Assembly (NCBI GenBank): GCA_010909165.1
Contig: VJWM01000204.1
Location: 248,001 to 312,000 of the forward strand
Direction of reading: 5' to 3'
Length of the DNA stretch: 64,000 nucleotides
From: Anthoceros angustus
Lineage: Eukaryota; Plantae; Anthocerotophyta
The position numbers and the translations under genes were made by a program. Under the pieces are notes generated by a model. The model did not search any database. It worked only from the letters and a program-made list of their open reading frames with translations, and was not told where the DNA came from. This document shows positions 25,800-38,373 of this stretch, one piece after another (positions within the stretch are counted from its first letter, which is position 1; each line of letters opens with the position of its first letter).

Positions 25800-26352
25800 A
25801 AGCCAAGGTCTTTTTCTCTTCCTTTTGAGGCCTAGGTGGTCCATTTCTCCGCAGCTTAGGCGTCTGTCCAGTGATTAGTTTCGCAGGCCAAGGTATTCCG
25901 TCCTGTGTTTCGAAGGCCAAGGCCTTCTGCATGCTGTCTTTCGTAGGCCAAGGTGCATCCAGCCTTTGCTTCGAAGGCTTAGGAGCTGTCTAGTTCTAGT
26001 TTCGCAGGCCAAGGTTGTTTCAGGCTGTGCTCCGAAGGCTAAGCCCTTTTTTGTAGCTGTTTCGAAGGCCAAGGTGTTCTAGGCTAAGGCCTTTGTTCAA
26101 GTTTTTGAGCCCAGGTTCTTTCAGGCCTTCTCCAAAGGCTAAGGTTTTACCATTTCGTCAAGGCCAAGGTCTCTGTAAAGTTTGTCAAGGCAAAGGTCGC
26201 TTTGCGCCTGCTTTGAAGGTTGTTTTCAAGGCCAAGGTTTCCACGAAGGTCAAGGTCTTTGCTTCTAAGGCCCAGGTTGTTGCTAAGTCCGAAAGCCATG
26301 GTGTTTTGACACCGAAGGTCAAGGTGTTTTGACACCGAAGGCCAAGGTTTCT
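25800..26352. repeat. Degenerate ~20-30-bp repeat array with core (GA)AGGCCAAGGT
   Basis: About 20 recurrences of AGGCCAAGGT or close variants, with divergent intervening sequence. Confidence 0.8.
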
Positions 26353-27775
26353 GTTCGCTTAAAGGTTAAGGTCTATCGCTCCCTTTTGAAATCGCTGTCC
26401 ATTTGCGCTTACGTTGTGTCTCTTGCCTCCTTGTATATTGTTTCTGCTCTTGTTGTTTTGTGCGGTTTTGGTGCTGTCAATGTTACGGCGGCAGTGTATT
26501 CGGCCGCTCGGTCTTGGCCTTATCATGTGTGTCCCCGCCGATGATCTTGTTCTTTGCTCAAGGCCAAGGTTGTTTGTCTCGTGCTTGTCTATTTTGCTAG
26601 AAGATGTCTCGATGCTCAATTGCTATCCGATTTGTCTTTGCCGATACGCCTCCGCTCCTCTTGTTCGTATTGTTGTTGTTCGTTGCACATCGTGTTTGTT
26701 GTTGAAGCCAGCGTCAATGGTGGCTGCTTCGTTTTTATGAAAACGACCAGTCCCTCTGGTTCCTTTTATGAAATCGACCAGGAACTTTCTTAGACTTACA
26801 GGCTTGAGTGTTGCAGCTCAGTTCAGTTTTGTTCAGTCTGATGCATTTGTGATCTTTATTGTCTTTCTGTTACAATCCTTCTATTTGCTTGTTGGAAGTG
26901 TCCCCTATGTATGGGCTTGTTGTCGTTTGGTTTCGTTGTATGGTATCATCCGTCTCGCCTGTTTCTTGTCTTCTGTGTCATGTGATCCTACTTGACTTCG
27001 TTCGTAATGACTTTGTTTGTCTCTGTGTAGTGTTGATTGTCCGTTGTGTAGCGTTGTTTGTTGTTTTGTGCGGTTTGTTGTTTTGTGCGGTTTGTTGTGT
27101 CGTTTAAGTTGACTTTTGCGGTGTCCGATAAGCTTTCTTTTGCGCTGCTTTGTCGTTGAAGACCCGTTTGTAGATTTGGTAATCACTCATCATACTTGTG
27201 TCTATTGAAAAGTGAACTGGATTGGGCATGGTGTATTGTGTGCATGTCTTGGAGCTTAATCTCATAGACCGGTGTTTATGTGCGGTATTGAAGTGTGCAA
27301 CGCTGGAGGGTTTGCCTCCCAACATCTTTGGATGTTTTCCGATTCTAATCTAGAAATATGTGTTGTTGTGTGGCATGGATGAGTCTGTTGTCCAATGAGC
27401 GCTTGATTGTTTTACTTGTGTGGTCTCGATGTATATGTTGTACATCTATGGTTGTTTGTACGTCTAACTCTTGTTGTACTTGAAAAAGGGTTTTCACTTT
27501 ATTTTTCCCATATGTGGTGTATTTTTAGACAGTTCTATGTGTCATCCTTAATAGAAAGTGGAAGGAATAACAACTCTAACAATGTCTAGCCCCAAGTTGT
27601 GTTTTGGGGCACCGCCCCATATCCTCTCTTGTCTAGACTCGATAATCAACTTTTAGACCTTCCAGCAGTTCTCATCCGGACGGTTCAAGGCGCATGTGAG
27701 TTCTTTCTTTTCGCTTTGTTATCTCGTTATGTTGTTTGTACATCTCAACGTTGTTCGATGACTTCTCCTGTTGCG

Positions 27776-29800
27776 ATGGCTCCTAAAAGAAAACCTCGGG
27801 CTGCTGGACCGGGCAAGAAGTGTGCACCTTTGTCTCAAGTCATGTCCAAGCCGTACACTCGACAACGTGTTAAAACAGCCATCGCTCACACCGCAACCCA
27901 CCCTCCGCAGGATGATGGTAAAGTTGATGGTGTCCTTGTGCATAGTGAGGGACATATTTGGTGCCGAAAAGTCCATTCCCAAACCGCCAAGGCACTTTTC
28001 ATCCAAGGAGGATGCCCGGCGAATTTGCTCGGAAGAGAAGAAGGGTTGACACCCGACTGTGCCCTTGGTGGAGGGTCCCTTGTCGAGATTACTAACTATT
28101 GTCCTGCTTCGAGAGGGGTTAAGTTTGTTGGTGAGAATGTCCATCCGACACACGATTCCATGGTCCTTGCGCCAAAGCATGCCTGCCTCGAAATGGCTGT
28201 GGCTGCTCCTGCAGCAAGATAAGTCTCAATTCCTTTCACCGTGAGTTTTCCATTCGGTCGCTCGAACTCAAGTTATCCACGAGTGTATTGATATGTTTGA
28301 GAGAATGAGGTCTGCTGATCCCGAGGATGATTTTGCTATGGGCATGGAAGAAATTGAAGATGAGGCCCATTTTAGGGACCAAGGGTTTGACCCTCGATTC
28401 CCGAGGGAGCCGTGAATGATGCAATGAGTGGTGGTGAGGACAAGTCCAAACGCCAAAATAATTGGTGCCGAGTCGTCTTAAGTCTTTCATGAAAGTGAGT
28501 GGTGTGAGGGGTTGGGATAGTGCAATAGAGGACATTCCTCACAAGGACTTGAACCTTATATTGATACCGTTTTCCACCAAGTTCGAACTTAAAAGACAAC
28601 TCAAGATTCTCTCAAACGTAAGTCTTCATCCCTTTCTGTTGTTCCGTTGTGTTTCTTTTCATTTTATGTGCCGATTTCAGATATTGGTGCGTTGATGTCC
28701 TTCTTCGAGGGTTCAATCGCATTTTGATAAGGAAGTGTGTTCGGAGCAAAGCCGTCTTGGGTCCGATGTGCTGATCAATATGTTTCACGGCGTGTTCAAT
28801 GGTTGTCGCCGCACTTGTTGCTTCCATGAAAATCAAGAAGACCTTGGTATAGTATCGTCGAAGGTGGTGAAACCGATATCCGATGATGATGAGAGACGAA
28901 TTCTTGCCCACAGTGACCATCAATGTTCTTTTGGGCGAGGCGCCCAGAAAAGGTTTGTGTTCTGATTCCCAGCTTCTTGTGTGCTTTTTTGCAATATGTG
29001 TTGCTGTTGTTTGCTTCTAACGATTCAGTGTTTTCTGAATAGGTGTGCATATTTTTGCATGAATCGTTTCGGAGTACGTGGCGGGGAGGAATTGCACAAC
29101 CTGTTAATCAGGGACTTCTCATTCTCTTCGGATTCTGGAGGCGTTTTTGTACAGTACGTTTGTCCATGTTTTGATTGATGCTTTGTTGTGTGGTAATACT
29201 CTCCGTGTATGATACCTTGTTTGTGTTGTAATACCCTCCTTGCAGATACGAGGAACGACATTCAAGAATTACAAAGTTGATATGCGCAACTACGAGTGAG
29301 CACTTCCGCCAAAAGTGAAAAACTATGAGGTGGATGTTATTCAAACATTTAAAGCCGTCATTGACCATTGTCCAAAGTGGACGCAAATGACAAGAATATA
29401 TCTATCCAAGGGTTTCTTTTCAATTCTCCCATCGATAATCCAAGATCGAATGTAAGTATCTTTTGATAAGGGTTCTAGGTTTGTGTTCCATTGGACGTGC
29501 TAACTTTAATTTTCTCGTGAGTAGGCTTGGTATGCAAAACTCCGGGTATCCAAAGGAATGCTCTCAAAATATATGAAGACAATGGCGAGCGGTGGTCTTG
29601 ATGGGTATTACACGAACAAGAGCCGTGTAACGATGATTACGCTGACCATGGCTCGTGCCCTCGGATGCGCGTACCGCCACAAACCGATGCTGGATTTTCA
29701 AGGTAGGATCTATTTGTTGATGCCGTCAGAACTTGTTTATGCCTTCTATTGACATGATGTGTTCTCACGCATGTGGACTTTGCGGTATGACCGTCGGGCA
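27776..29800 (+). pseudogene. Crypton/DUF3504-type tyrosine recombinase, intron-containing and frameshifted
   Basis: Exons translate to RQNNW...IEDIPHKDLNLIL..FHQVR | LRGFNRIL...KPISDDDERRIL | YFCMNRFGVRGGEELHNL | YEERTFKNYK...IDHCPK | WYAKLRVSKGMLSKYMKTMASGGLDGYYTNKS.RVTMIT...RHK | YDR. This is the R-K-(H/K)xxR-H-Y order of the YR catalytic residues. The 5' part (MAPKRKPR, NLS-like) is a tentative assignment. Confidence 0.72.
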
Positions 29801-30074
29801 AGCAAAAAAAATGACCGTGGTTCTAGTTCCCGTGAAAGAAGATCATACAATGAGTTGCTCAATGAAGAACTCGATCGGATGCGGATGACTTGGGTGTGCT
29901 TCCGTTGTTGTCAATGTGACTCGATATAGTTTTTCCAACTCAAGATGTAAGTATTTTCTACCATGAAGGGAGTGATTTTACCGGAGAAGATTATGATTCT
30001 ACTGTAAAGGATGCTGATGTTAAGAATTTGTTGTGCATAGGCTTGTGCTCAATGTTGCCTACAAGTTCAGAACG

Positions 30075-32153
30075 TAAGCATTCCATGAGTCGTTTTGGTT
30101 CAAGGTTTGTTTCTTTTAATCTTTTCCGATTGGTATTTGATTCTTTTTGTTGCTTTTTGTTGCTGTGTGTTGCCAATCTACCACCTGCTATCCACCATGA
30201 AAGGGGCCCTTTGTCAAGACTGGACCGGTTAGTATCTTGCTGTATTGTCGTCCTCCTTGGTTTGCACCCAATATTTCATGCAATGTTTGTTGTTGTTTGC
30301 GCCCAGATTGTGAAGCTTTGGAAGTCCAAGTGCCGAAGTAGTGTTAAAGATCTTGATTGACAACAGACCAACTCTGGGTGTATTCAACATCGACATGTTG
30401 AAAAGGTTAAGTGTAAAGGTGGTTTAAGTTTTATCCTTCATTCTCTTATTGTGTTTGTCCGATTCTATGTTTGGCGAGTATTAGCCCCACCACTAAAGAT
30501 CTTGGTCACCACTAGTTTGAGAGCATTTGGTCCTCGTTCAACATTGATGGTGCCTAAGTGTGGTGGAGGTGATGCCTCGCTTGGAGGCTGTAAGCATTTT
30601 ATGAGTCGTTTTGGTGTCGAAGGTTTGTTTCTTTTCTTCTTTTGCTGATTGGTATTTGACTTTTTGTTGCTTTTTGTTGCTGTGTGTTGCCAATCTACCA
30701 CCCTTGCTATCCACCATGAAAGGGGCCCTTTGTCAAGACTGGACGGTTAGTATCTTGCTTGTATTGTCGTCCTCCTTGCTTTGCACCCAATATTTCATGC
30801 AATGTTTGTTGTTGTTTCCGCATTGTGAAGCTTTGGAAGGCCCAAGTGCGTGAAGTAGTGTTAAAGATCTTGATTGACAGCAGACCAACTCGGGTGTATT
30901 CAACATCGACATGTTGAAAAGGTTAAGTGTAAAGGTGGTTTAAGTTTTATCCTTCATTCTCTTATTGTGTTTGTCTCGATTCTATGTCGGCGAGTATTAG
31001 CCCCACCACTAAAGATCTTGGTCAGCCACTAGTTTGACGAGCATTTCAGGTCCTCAATTCAACATTGATGGTGCTCTGAGTGTGGTGGAGGTGATGCCTC
31101 CTCAATTGGAGGCCTGTGTAAGCATTCCATGAGTCGTTTTGGTTTCTGAAAGTTTGTTTCTTTTCTTCTTTTGCTGATTGGTATTTGACTTTTTTTTGTT
31201 GCTTTTTGTTGCTGTGTGTTGCCAATCTACCACCCTTGCTATCCACCATGAAAGGGGCCCTTTGTCAAGACTGGACGGTTAGTATCTTGCTTGTATTGTC
31301 GTCCTCCTTGCTGGTTTGCACCCAATATTTCATGCAATGTTTGTTGTTGTTTGCGCCGCATTGTGAAGCTTTGGAAGTCCAAGTGCCGTGAAGTAGTGTT
31401 AAAGATCTTGATTGACAACAACAGACCAACTCTGGGTGTATTCAACATCGACATGTTGAAAAGGTTAAGTGTAAAGGTGGTTTAAGTTTTATCCTTCATT
31501 CTCTTATTGTTGTGTCGATTCTATGTTTGTCGGCAGAGTATTAGCCCCACCACTAAAGATGCCGTGACCCACTAGTTTTGAGAGCATTTGGTCCTCGTTC
31601 AACATTGATGGTGCCCTAGTGTGGTGGAGGTGATGCCTCCTTGGAGGCCTGTAAGCATTCCATGAGTCGTTTTGGTGTCAAGGTTTGTTTCTTTTCTTCT
31701 TTTGCGATTGGTATTTGACTTTTTGTTGCTTTTTGTTGCGGTGTTGCCAATCTACCACCCTATCCACCATGAAAGCAGGGGCCCTTTGTCAAGACTGGAC
31801 CGGTTAGTATCTTGTTGTATTTTGGTTCTCCTTGCTGGTTTGCACCCAATATTTCATACAATGTTTGTTGTTGTTGCAGTGAAGCTTTGGAAGTCCAAGT
31901 GCCGAAAGTAGTGTTAAAGATCTTGATTGACAAGCAGACCAATTATCGGGTGTATTCAACATCGACATGTTGAAAAGGTTAAGTGTAAAGGTGGTTTAAG
32001 TTTCATCCTTCATTCTCTTATTGTGTTTGTCTCGATTCTATGTTTGTCGGCAGAGTATTAGCCCCACCACTAGTTTTGAGCATTTGGTTCCTCATTTCAA
32101 CATTGATGGTGCCACGAGTGTGGTGGAGGTGATGCCTCGCTTGGAGGCCTGTG
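30075..32153. repeat. Tandem array of four ~515-530-bp units
   Basis: Marker AAGCATT(CC/TT)ATGAGTCGTTTTGGT at ~30076, 30592, 31120 and 31653. Confidence 0.92.
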
Positions 32154-33467
32154 TGCCAAGTCATTGTGGTGAGACTCGAATCGGAAGTGCAACAGGAAGG
32201 ATTGTGGAGACACCGCCTATAGCTTTGGATATGGTAGAGCAAAGATGGGGTTGAGAAGGGTGGTTCAAGCAGGTTTGAGCGTCTTCTTGAGATTACCCGA
32301 GAAAGGAGAATGACAGGAGAATCGAAAAGGGAATTTCAACGGCAAATGATTTAGAATCATTGATTGAGCAGAGGCGCAAGGTCGTACAACCGAGTTTCCA
32401 AGCAAAGAGAGAAAGCTTTGGAGATCCAAAGGAGAAAAATGTCGAAAGGAGGCAAGAGTATTTCAAGCAGGAAAAACTCAAACAGAAAAGGAGCAACAGA
32501 AATGCGAAGATTGCGTGGGAAAGGCGTGGAAGCAAACTATTGACAATGTTACCACTCCAGCGCCCACTTCCATCCATGGAAAACCATATAAAGTCGTAAG
32601 TTGATTTAATTGTTCCCTTGATTTTGATCGCTAATTTTACTTTAGTAGACTAAGACGGTAATGTTTGATTAGGTTCTCAACTTTCGTGAAGATGAAGAAT
32701 TTCTCCAAAGCCCCTGTGTTCATCAACCGCAAACTATGATAATGTTGGACAAGTTGCCCGGTTAAACCAAGTGGTCTTGGAAACTATGTCTTCAATCTCT
32801 ACAATTGTACAATCAATTTTCCAAAATAAGGTGGGAATCTTTTCTAATGAACTTTTTCTGCCTATTCGAATCATCTAATTGGTTACAAGCCTAATTTACT
32901 TTGTATATGTAGATTTGTAATTTCGAATAAGGAGGATCAACTATTCTGGTATTTTCTCTATTTTCTGTTATTTTGAATTCATGCACCGGATATACAGAAA
33001 CTTTGCAAAGATGATATTTCTTTGTTGGTTTTTGTATATCCCGGATCCGCATGAATGGTATAATGAAGATGTTTCCAGATTAGCGATTGTGTTGGAATTA
33101 CTAGGCCTCCTGTAGATTACAATCTACCATGGTATTTCGGCTGCACTTGCTATTCACTTTTGATCATTCTTTACCCTCTTGTTCTAGTTTTGATTTGGAT
33201 GGTAAAATGTTTCCATTCATCGCCACGCTTTTTACTCTATATTCACTTGGTTGATCCATTCTTTACCCTCCTGTTCTAGTTTTGACTTGGATGGTAAAAT
33301 GTTTCCATCCATCAGTCTATGCTTTCTACTCTATTGTTACAATTTCCACCTTATTCAGTAAAAAAGTTTTACCAATTGAAAAATTCTCTCTCTTCGTTTT
33401 ACCCTTTTGGCCCCGAAAAAAAACCAACTGGGCGCGTCGAGGCCCCAGACGAGGCCGCGACTTTACG

Positions 33468-35080
33468 TGGTGTTCCATAATATCTGCATACGCTAAGCAT
33501 GGGAAGCCTAACGACGCCATATAACTGTACCATGCATCTCGATGCGCAGGTCAGGAGTGAAGGCGGATGTTCATGTCTTTGTAGCTGCCCTTCAAGGTTG
33601 TGCATTGGCCACCGACTTGGAATCTGGCAGGAAAGTACACTGCGATGTGTTGCACTTCGGCATTTCTCCTGGCACCTACGTGGTGGACATGAATGCAAAA
33701 TGTGGTGAACTGAAAGATGGACGCAAGGTTTTTGACAGCATGCCCACAAAGACAAAGAATGTGGTGACATGGAATGCCCTGATAGCTGGGAATGCCCAGC
33801 AAGGGCTTGGACATGAGGCGTTTGTTGTGTATGGACAAATGGAGCAGGAGGGCCTGCTTCTGGCTAACGATATTACTTTTGCTTGCCCTTGTGAACGCCT
33901 GTCCAAGCACTGGTGCCTTACAGACGGGCAGGCAGCTGCACTCACAGATTGTCGAAAGAGGACTGCTGGATGCGTAGTACTGGGCAACTGCCTGGTGGAC
34001 ATGTATGCAAAATGTGGTGAACTGGAAGATGCTCGCCAGATTTTTGAGAGCTTGGCCACGAAGGATGTGACGACATGGACCGCCCTGATTGCTGGGAGTG
34101 TTGGGCAACTGCCTGGTGGACATGTATGCAAAATGTGGTGAACTGGAAAATGCGCGCCAGGTTTTTGACAGCTTGGTCTCGAAGGATGTGTTGACATGGA
34201 CGGCCCTGACTGCTGGGTATGCACAGCAAGGATTCGGCCAAGATGCGCTTGCTGTGTATGGACAAATGGCAGAGCCGGGCCTTATTTTGGCTGACAACGT
34301 TACTTTTGCTTGCCTTCTGACAGCTTGTCCAAGCTCTGGTGTCTTACAGAAGGGCAGCTGCACTGCACATTGGTGAAGGAGGACTGCTGGATGAGGTAGT
34401 GGTTGGCACCTGCCTGGTGGACATGTATGCAAGGACTCGGCCAAGAGGCCCTTGTTGTGTGTGGACAAATGGAGGAGGCGGGCCTCGTTTCGGCTGACGA
34501 TGTTATTTTTGCTTGCCTTCTGAAGGCCTGTGGAAGCACTGGTGCCTTACAGAAGGGCAGGCAGCTGCACTGGCAGATTGTTGAAAGAGGACTGCTGGAT
34601 AACTTAGTGCTGGGCACCTGCCTGGTGGACATGTATGCAAAATGTGGTGAACTGGGAGATGCACGCCAGGTTTTTGACAGCATGAACACAAAGAACGTGG
34701 TGACATGGACCGCCCTGATATCTGGGTATGGTGCTTGTGATGAAGGTCACAAGGAATAGCTTGTTTTGAGGAGATGTTAGCTGCCGGTATTCAGCCTAAT
34801 AATGATGCTACTTTTAGCTGCCTTTTGGTAGCATGCAGTCATGCGGACTGGTCCACGAGGGTCGCAAGCACTTTGACTCCATGGCTGAACAGCATGGCAT
34901 CAAACCTACTGTTGAGCACTACAATTGCATGATTGATCTTCTTGGGCGTGCAGGCCATTTCGATGAGGCTGAGAAGATGCTACTGTCATGTGAGGGCCTA
35001 CACGCCTATGTTCTCATGGCCAATATTAATGCAGACGCAGATGCAGGTAGGGGGACTGATGTAGACAGGATCGAGACACG
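33468..35080 (+). pseudogene. PLS-class PPR pseudogene with E-domain remnant, no DYW domain visible
   Basis: Multiple PLS triplets, then HFDSMAEQHGIKPTVEHYNCMIDLLGRAGHFDEAE and AYVLMANI; stops, frameshifts and deletions. Confidence 0.88.
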
Positions 35081-35607
35081 GAGAAACAATGTCCTGTCAG
35101 ATCTTGTGCAACTTGAAAGGGATAGGTATCAGCTCCAGCTATACACCGCTGGAGATCACTATGCATGGTCCAAGTTACAAATACGGATAGTGATCTTTTA
35201 AGGCATGTGCCAACATCTCTAACTCATCCCCACCCCATTCATTATTCATTCGCACCACCCATCTTTCTAAGATGAAAATCCATGTCACCACCTTCCAACA
35301 AATTTTCTGTGGGTATCTCGGCGCCGCACCAGATCACACTCGTTTTGTTGCTTCGATGGTGAGAATGAACGTGTGTGCATAGTACGCATTTCAGTCGTCG
35401 AACACTTTACTTCAAAGGTGAACCAGGCATCAGCCCAGATTGATGTGGTACCCAGTCTATTCACAAGTTTCTGAAGCCAGAAACTGCCAGTACTTAGCTA
35501 TGTAAATTCATCGTCGATGACATGGACATAATGAATGAGTACGCCTGCTGGCGGGCCCTTAGCCTCCAGGGACTACTGGACAGTTTCAGAAACGATGTGC
35601 GGTAAAG

Positions 35608-36288
35608 TTAGGAGGAATCCACAAATTGGGCGAAGATGGAGTGCAATTGCTCCACCTCCTTCCCGCTGATGAAGAAGGACTTGGCCAGCAGCTCTGTTTT
35701 GATTCCTGACCCGAACAGCGAGAGTGGCATAAGCTGGAGGCCCGGGTTCTGGCTGTTGAGCACATTGAGGCTGGCGGCGTGCGTTGTGCCCACATTGAGC
35801 TGGAAGTGGAGCAAGCCTCTGGGAAGATGAAGGCCTCGCCCTTCTTCACCACCTTGGCGTACAGCTTGTTGCTGTTGGAGACGAAGCCGGTGTAAATCTC
35901 CCTTCGAGGCAGAAAAGAATCTCGGTGGCCAGGTTGTGGGTGTGGGGCATAACGACACCGCCCGGCGCCAGGTCCAGGCGCGCCAGCGACAGACCCAGCG
36001 TGTTGAGAGCAGGCCAGTCGCTCACGAAGCCGGGAGTGGCGGTGGCGTTCAATGGGTTGCCCGTGAGGTCGGCCGGCTTGCCCAGTTTAGCGAAGGCGAA
36101 ATCTTCTGCTGTCACGTTGTCCGCCGGCCTGCAGGGGTAGCCGTTGATGGTCGCTCCCTTGGACAAATCGGCGACGCAGAAGTCCTGCAGAGGGTCGGAT
36201 CGCTGGCAGTGACCGCAATCGCAAGCAACAGCCCTGCGATCGCGGCCACAGCACCCACAAACTGGATTGTCTTGGACACAGCCGCCAT
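35608..36288 (-). CDS. Germin-like protein copy 4 (subtype A); three -1 shifts in G/C runs
   Basis: Germin boxes A, B and C; single-base losses at ~36195, 35900 and 35821. Confidence 0.75.
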
Positions 36289-38373
36289 TGCTGATCAATG
36301 AGATGTATGGATGGGTGATGAGCTCGTATGGGCAAGTGAGGGAACGAGGGCTGTTCACTGGAGAAAGCAACCGACCGCAGCTACAAGTTTGCAAGCTCGA
36401 TGTTGATGGGTGGAGATAATGAAGACAGACTGGGAGGCAGCCTCTCTTCATTGCTGCCAAGCTCACTGGTGTGGAAGTTGCAACCATGTTTGTGCCTGCA
36501 GGTCTGGTCCGTGCACAGAGGAATAGTCCGAGGAAATGGAAGGCAAGCTGCTCAGAAGATGCTTTGTGGGTCTAATTGTTGCGCGTGACATTTGCGATTG
36601 GAGAGAGACGAGTCATCACACTTCACGTTTCTTAGCAAAGTATGTAGCCTGCACGGGAAGAAGACTAAAAGGAACCGGCGCAGTGATTGACTACCTATTC
36701 ATAATTTACGATTTCGTGCTTTTCAAGCTTTCCACTTAGAAGAAAAGAAGAAGAAGAATTTTGTTTAGGTCCACTAACGACGAATTTTCGTCATGGCACT
36801 TGGGTACTTGAACCATGGTGTGCCTAAGCTACTACTAGCACCAAGAAGTCTATCATAAGCCACTTGGATGAAATTTTTCCTATCATGGCACTTGGGTACA
36901 TGGCAATTTGTACCATGGTGTGCTTAAGCTACTAACACCAAGGGCATCCACTCCCTCTAGGCACCCCATATAAATATTCGATGAAAGTACAAGATGCTTA
37001 ACCCCAGATGAGACGATGAAGCTATTCAAAACAAGTCTTTGATAATACATATCACTCCATACATGTATTTTTACCCATATTTTGAACTCACCAACTGGAG
37101 CATATATTAGGTGGCCTGGTTTTTCAATATCATAGTTTTGAAAAAATCAAAAATCAAAAGAGTACCTCAACTTGGCCATCCATGTACCCGCACAATAAGC
37201 TATGTAGCTATGTACCTTGGACGAGAAACAAGTCTAAAGCAACCAGCGCATGGAGTGACTATTATGAATTATTAAATTCGGGACTTGGTGCTTTTCAAGC
37301 TTTCTACTTACTATGGAATTTTCGAATCATGCGACTTGGTCTTCACAACTTGTACCATGGTGTGCCCAAGCTACTAAGAGTCGTGGGCATCCACTTCTTC
37401 GACCACCCAAGTACCAATGGGATGGGTAGATGCTCTTAACAACCACGTTCTTACAAATAAATGTGTGTCCATTTATTCTAAGCCATTTGGACTGCAAATC
37501 CATCGCCCATCAGTTATGGTGAATCGCTTAAGAATGTGGACACTTGTAACATTTCAAGCTCATCAAGGTCTAGCACCCACCTCAATCGGGAGTAGAAATG
37601 TAGAGAGTCCTTACCAAAGGAACGGGCAGTAGAAATGTAGAGAGTCCTTACGGAAGGTAGGTACTCTGATATTCCTCAAGGAAAATGGACCGTCTTACTA
37701 GGTGTACTAAGAAATGGAACATGGAACATCAAAACAACGTGGAGAGCATGTCGACATGAAGAGCAGGATTCCAGGTCTCACTCAAGCAAGACATTGTGCA
37801 ATCAGTTACGCCTGAGAAAGTATAAAATTATAGATTTAACTTAGATTTAATGTTTGACGCTGGCATAGAACTGTTGTTTCGGAATTCCAGTCTCCAGATG
37901 AGCAGCCCCAGCAGGCAGGAAGTTCAGCGCGCAGCTTCTAGGCATTTTCTTCTTCAACTTCCAACGACCATCTTCCTCTGGGCTCTCAGATCCTGCAGGC
38001 CGGGGTTTTGCAGCCGAGTATCCTTCCTGATTCCCGATTCCAAGTGAGCAGCACTTTAGTTCCCATGTATACTCCACGTTTACGCTTGCTGGGCAGCTGC
38101 AGTCTAGACATCTCCAGTGTCGTACGGCATCACCTCAGACCTGCTCACCGCGTTGCGAGGAATGTTTCTCCTCGTACATCGCTTGCACCTCAAGCTGCGC
38201 TCTGCGGTAGCAAGCCCGTAAAGAGCAACGCCCCCTCGTCTGTTTTCGTCCATATCCTCCTGCCGTTGATTCAGGTATCCCAGCTTGCGAATTGCGCTTG
38301 TCCCAATATCCTTCTCAAGAATCAGAGCAACTTGCAACTCAAGGTCCCTGCACTGCTGCAGTCCACTTCCACG

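Larger units (their letters stand above)
21894..33467. mobile_element. Large Crypton-like tyrosine-recombinase element, ~11.6 kb; right end probably truncated
   Basis: Interrupts the MULE ORF abruptly; imperfect inverted repeat 21989-22024 / 33431-33467 (28 of 37 aligned positions); contains the YR gene listed below. Confidence 0.6.

Noticed and set aside
25800-26352. CRISPR-like repeat-spacer array
   Set aside because: The core is only about 10 bp and degenerate, the spacing is irregular and the spacers are low-complexity.
21894-33467. DIRS retrotransposon or Helitron identity for the large element
   Set aside because: No RT/RNase H or Rep/helicase motifs were seen and there are no TC...CTRR termini; degenerate remnants could have been missed by eye.
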